From the IMG/VR virus record IMGVR_UViG_3300045988_171102: a DNA stretch of 64,000 nt; one strand, 5' to 3'. The notes under the pieces are model-generated. The model was not told the origin of the DNA, ran no database searches, and saw only the letters and a program-made list of their open reading frames with translations. A program made the translations under genes and the position numbers. The first letter of the stretch is position 1. Each line of letters begins with the position of its first letter. This DNA comes from a virus. Positions 62,698-64,000 of this stretch are shown piece after piece.

Positions 62698-63603
62698 TTA
62701 TTTATTTTCGGGTTTTCCGGCTTCAGTTTTTGTCTTTGAAGGCTTTTCAGCTTCTTTTTTCGGTTTATTTTCCTTTTCGGGTTTTATAGTTTTTGCACAA
62801 CTATTTTTACTCTTAATGACAAATTGTTCGTCATTGATTTTTGACTTTACAAGATTAAACAAGTGTTTTTCCATCTTTTTTTCACCTGCAAAAGTGATAA
62901 GTCTTTTGTTCTCGGCACATTTTGCGCAGCTATCAATAATGTAGTGAACATCTTTTTTGCTGACAAGTAAATTAAAGTCCGGAAGCATCAGCTTCAGAAG
63001 CTCAGCAAGTGCCTTTTGTATTGTATTAATTGAAACCGAAGAAGGGCGAAATACTGCAAAATCAGAGTCAGAATTAGTATTTGGCACATTTTCAAATTTT
63101 TGAATTGTTTTTGCTTCCTGCTGATTTTTTGCAAATCGGAAACAAAGAATATTAAAAAGTGTTAAAGCAAAATCATATTTGAGATCGGTCAAGTTTTTAT
63201 ATTTTGCTTTAATAGCTGCAAAATCAATAAATTTTGACTTTTCATTAAAGTTAAAGTCTTTATCAATTTTAATAAAGCCGTTCATAAATTCATTTTTACA
63301 AATAAATTCAATTAGGTTTTTGCGGTCATCTTTAAACCGTAAAACGATTTCATTGATCTTAAAATCAGAATAGTAGTTGTTGAAATCATTGCAAAAGTCA
63401 ACATTTTCATTGAACAAGTCAAAATCATTATTTTTTCTTGCGTATGTAAAATTGTTTTTGAGAGCTTCTTTAATGCCTTCAAATTCTTCTTGCGTGTGTT
63501 CCTGCTGCAAATTTGTTTTTTTATCAAATTCGCAAAAGGGATTAGCTGAATAAGTCAAAATGTTTTCGGTTGTTGCCGTTGTTGTTGTGTTAGTTTTTTT
63601 CAT
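62698..63603 (-). CDS. hypothetical protein with Lys/Pro/Glu-rich C-terminal tail
   Basis: 301-aa ORF preceded by TAGGAGGTAACAAAAA. It is the first gene left of an AT-rich regulatory region. Confidence 0.6.
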   Translation of the reverse strand: MKKTNTTTTATTENILTYSANPFCEFDKKTNLQQEHTQEEFEGIKEALKNNFTYARKNNDFDLFNENVDFCNDFNNYYSDFKINEIVLRFKDDRKNLIEFICKNEFMNGFIKIDKDFNFNEKSKFIDFAAIKAKYKNLTDLKYDFALTLFNILCFRFAKNQQEAKTIQKFENVPNTNSDSDFAVFRPSSVSINTIQKALAELLKLMLPDFNLLVSKKDVHYIIDSCAKCAENKRLITFAGEKKMEKHLFNLVKSKINDEQFVIKSKNSCAKTIKPEKENKPKKEAEKPSKTKTEAGKPENK

Positions 63604-64000
63604 TTTTTGTTACCTCCTAAAAAATGAATAATAAAATATATTTATTGTTGTTTTTTCAAAATGATATAATTTACCTGCGGAATTTAGTACCATTTCTAAA
63701 AACAAAATGAATACAAAATGTAAAAATATGATAGATTTGAAATCTTTTAAAAATTCAATTTCATGAAGTTTTTTTGTTTGAGCTTCAAAAAATTCATTTT
63801 GCAGCCCGAAAAAGATTTTTTTGTCTATATTTTTCAAAGATCTAAAAAATAATTCAAGCACATTAAAATTAACGGATGATTTATTTTTTTTAATTGATGG
63901 GATAGGACTGATAGGCTCAACCCTTCAGAAACCGTTTAATTTATTGAATTATAGGCGTTTTATATATTTCAGTTTCCCCATTATATGTAATTGCTATATT

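Noticed and set aside
63610-63861. An 83-aa minus-strand ORF at the right edge.
   Set aside because: It lies in a very AT-rich, promoter-like spacer upstream of 62698..63603. Its composition is Phe/Lys/Ile low-complexity and I saw no convincing SD.
1-64000. CRISPR arrays, reverse transcriptase (retron or DGR), rRNA genes and transposase/IS elements.
   Set aside because: I saw no regularly spaced direct repeats, no YxDD-type RT ORF, no rRNA-like conserved stretches, and no DDE or IS-type transposase with terminal inverted repeats while reading both strands.

Overview
AT-rich (roughly 30% GC by eye, not computed) Firmicutes/Clostridia-style phage or prophage early region. Nearly every credible gene is on the minus strand, in translationally coupled operons that read toward a tyrosine integrase and excisionase at the left edge. 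I saw no capsid, tail, terminase or lysis-cassette genes, so the window looks like the replication, nucleotide-metabolism and host-takeover arm of a large phage. Recognisable content: (1) a replication module with a Pol III alpha/DnaE-like polymerase, DnaB-like helicase, Toprim primase, RecJ-like DHH exonuclease, RecD-like SF1 helicase, a Sak4/AAA_24-like ATPase and a putative SSB; (2) nucleotide metabolism with NrdD/NrdG, a ThyX-like protein, dUTPase, a guanylate-kinase-like protein, a deoxyribosyltransferase-like protein and an RNA/DNA ligase; (3) five DNA methyltransferase loci; (4) two tRNAs; (5) an accessory patch at 42.5-47.5 kb with a second tyrosine recombinase, a MazF/PemK toxin, an ORF-track-missed HicA-like ORF and three plus-strand promoter-terminator small-RNA cassettes. 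Main second-look items: (a) an SPbeta-type multispecific C5-methyltransferase locus that seems circularly permuted (motif I follows motif X), whose tandem target-recognition cassettes sit in alternating frames joined at G6-G7 tracts; (b) a Dam-like gene frameshifted at another G6 tract; (c) group I introns splitting nrdD (ORF-less) and dnaE (carrying an HNH endonuclease), both with splice sites and P1 pairings readable by eye; (d) a recurring TGAC(G/C)GTCA-containing intergenic motif; (e) a type II hammerhead-like motif. All calls come from reading the sequence and the translations. No database search or folding was run.
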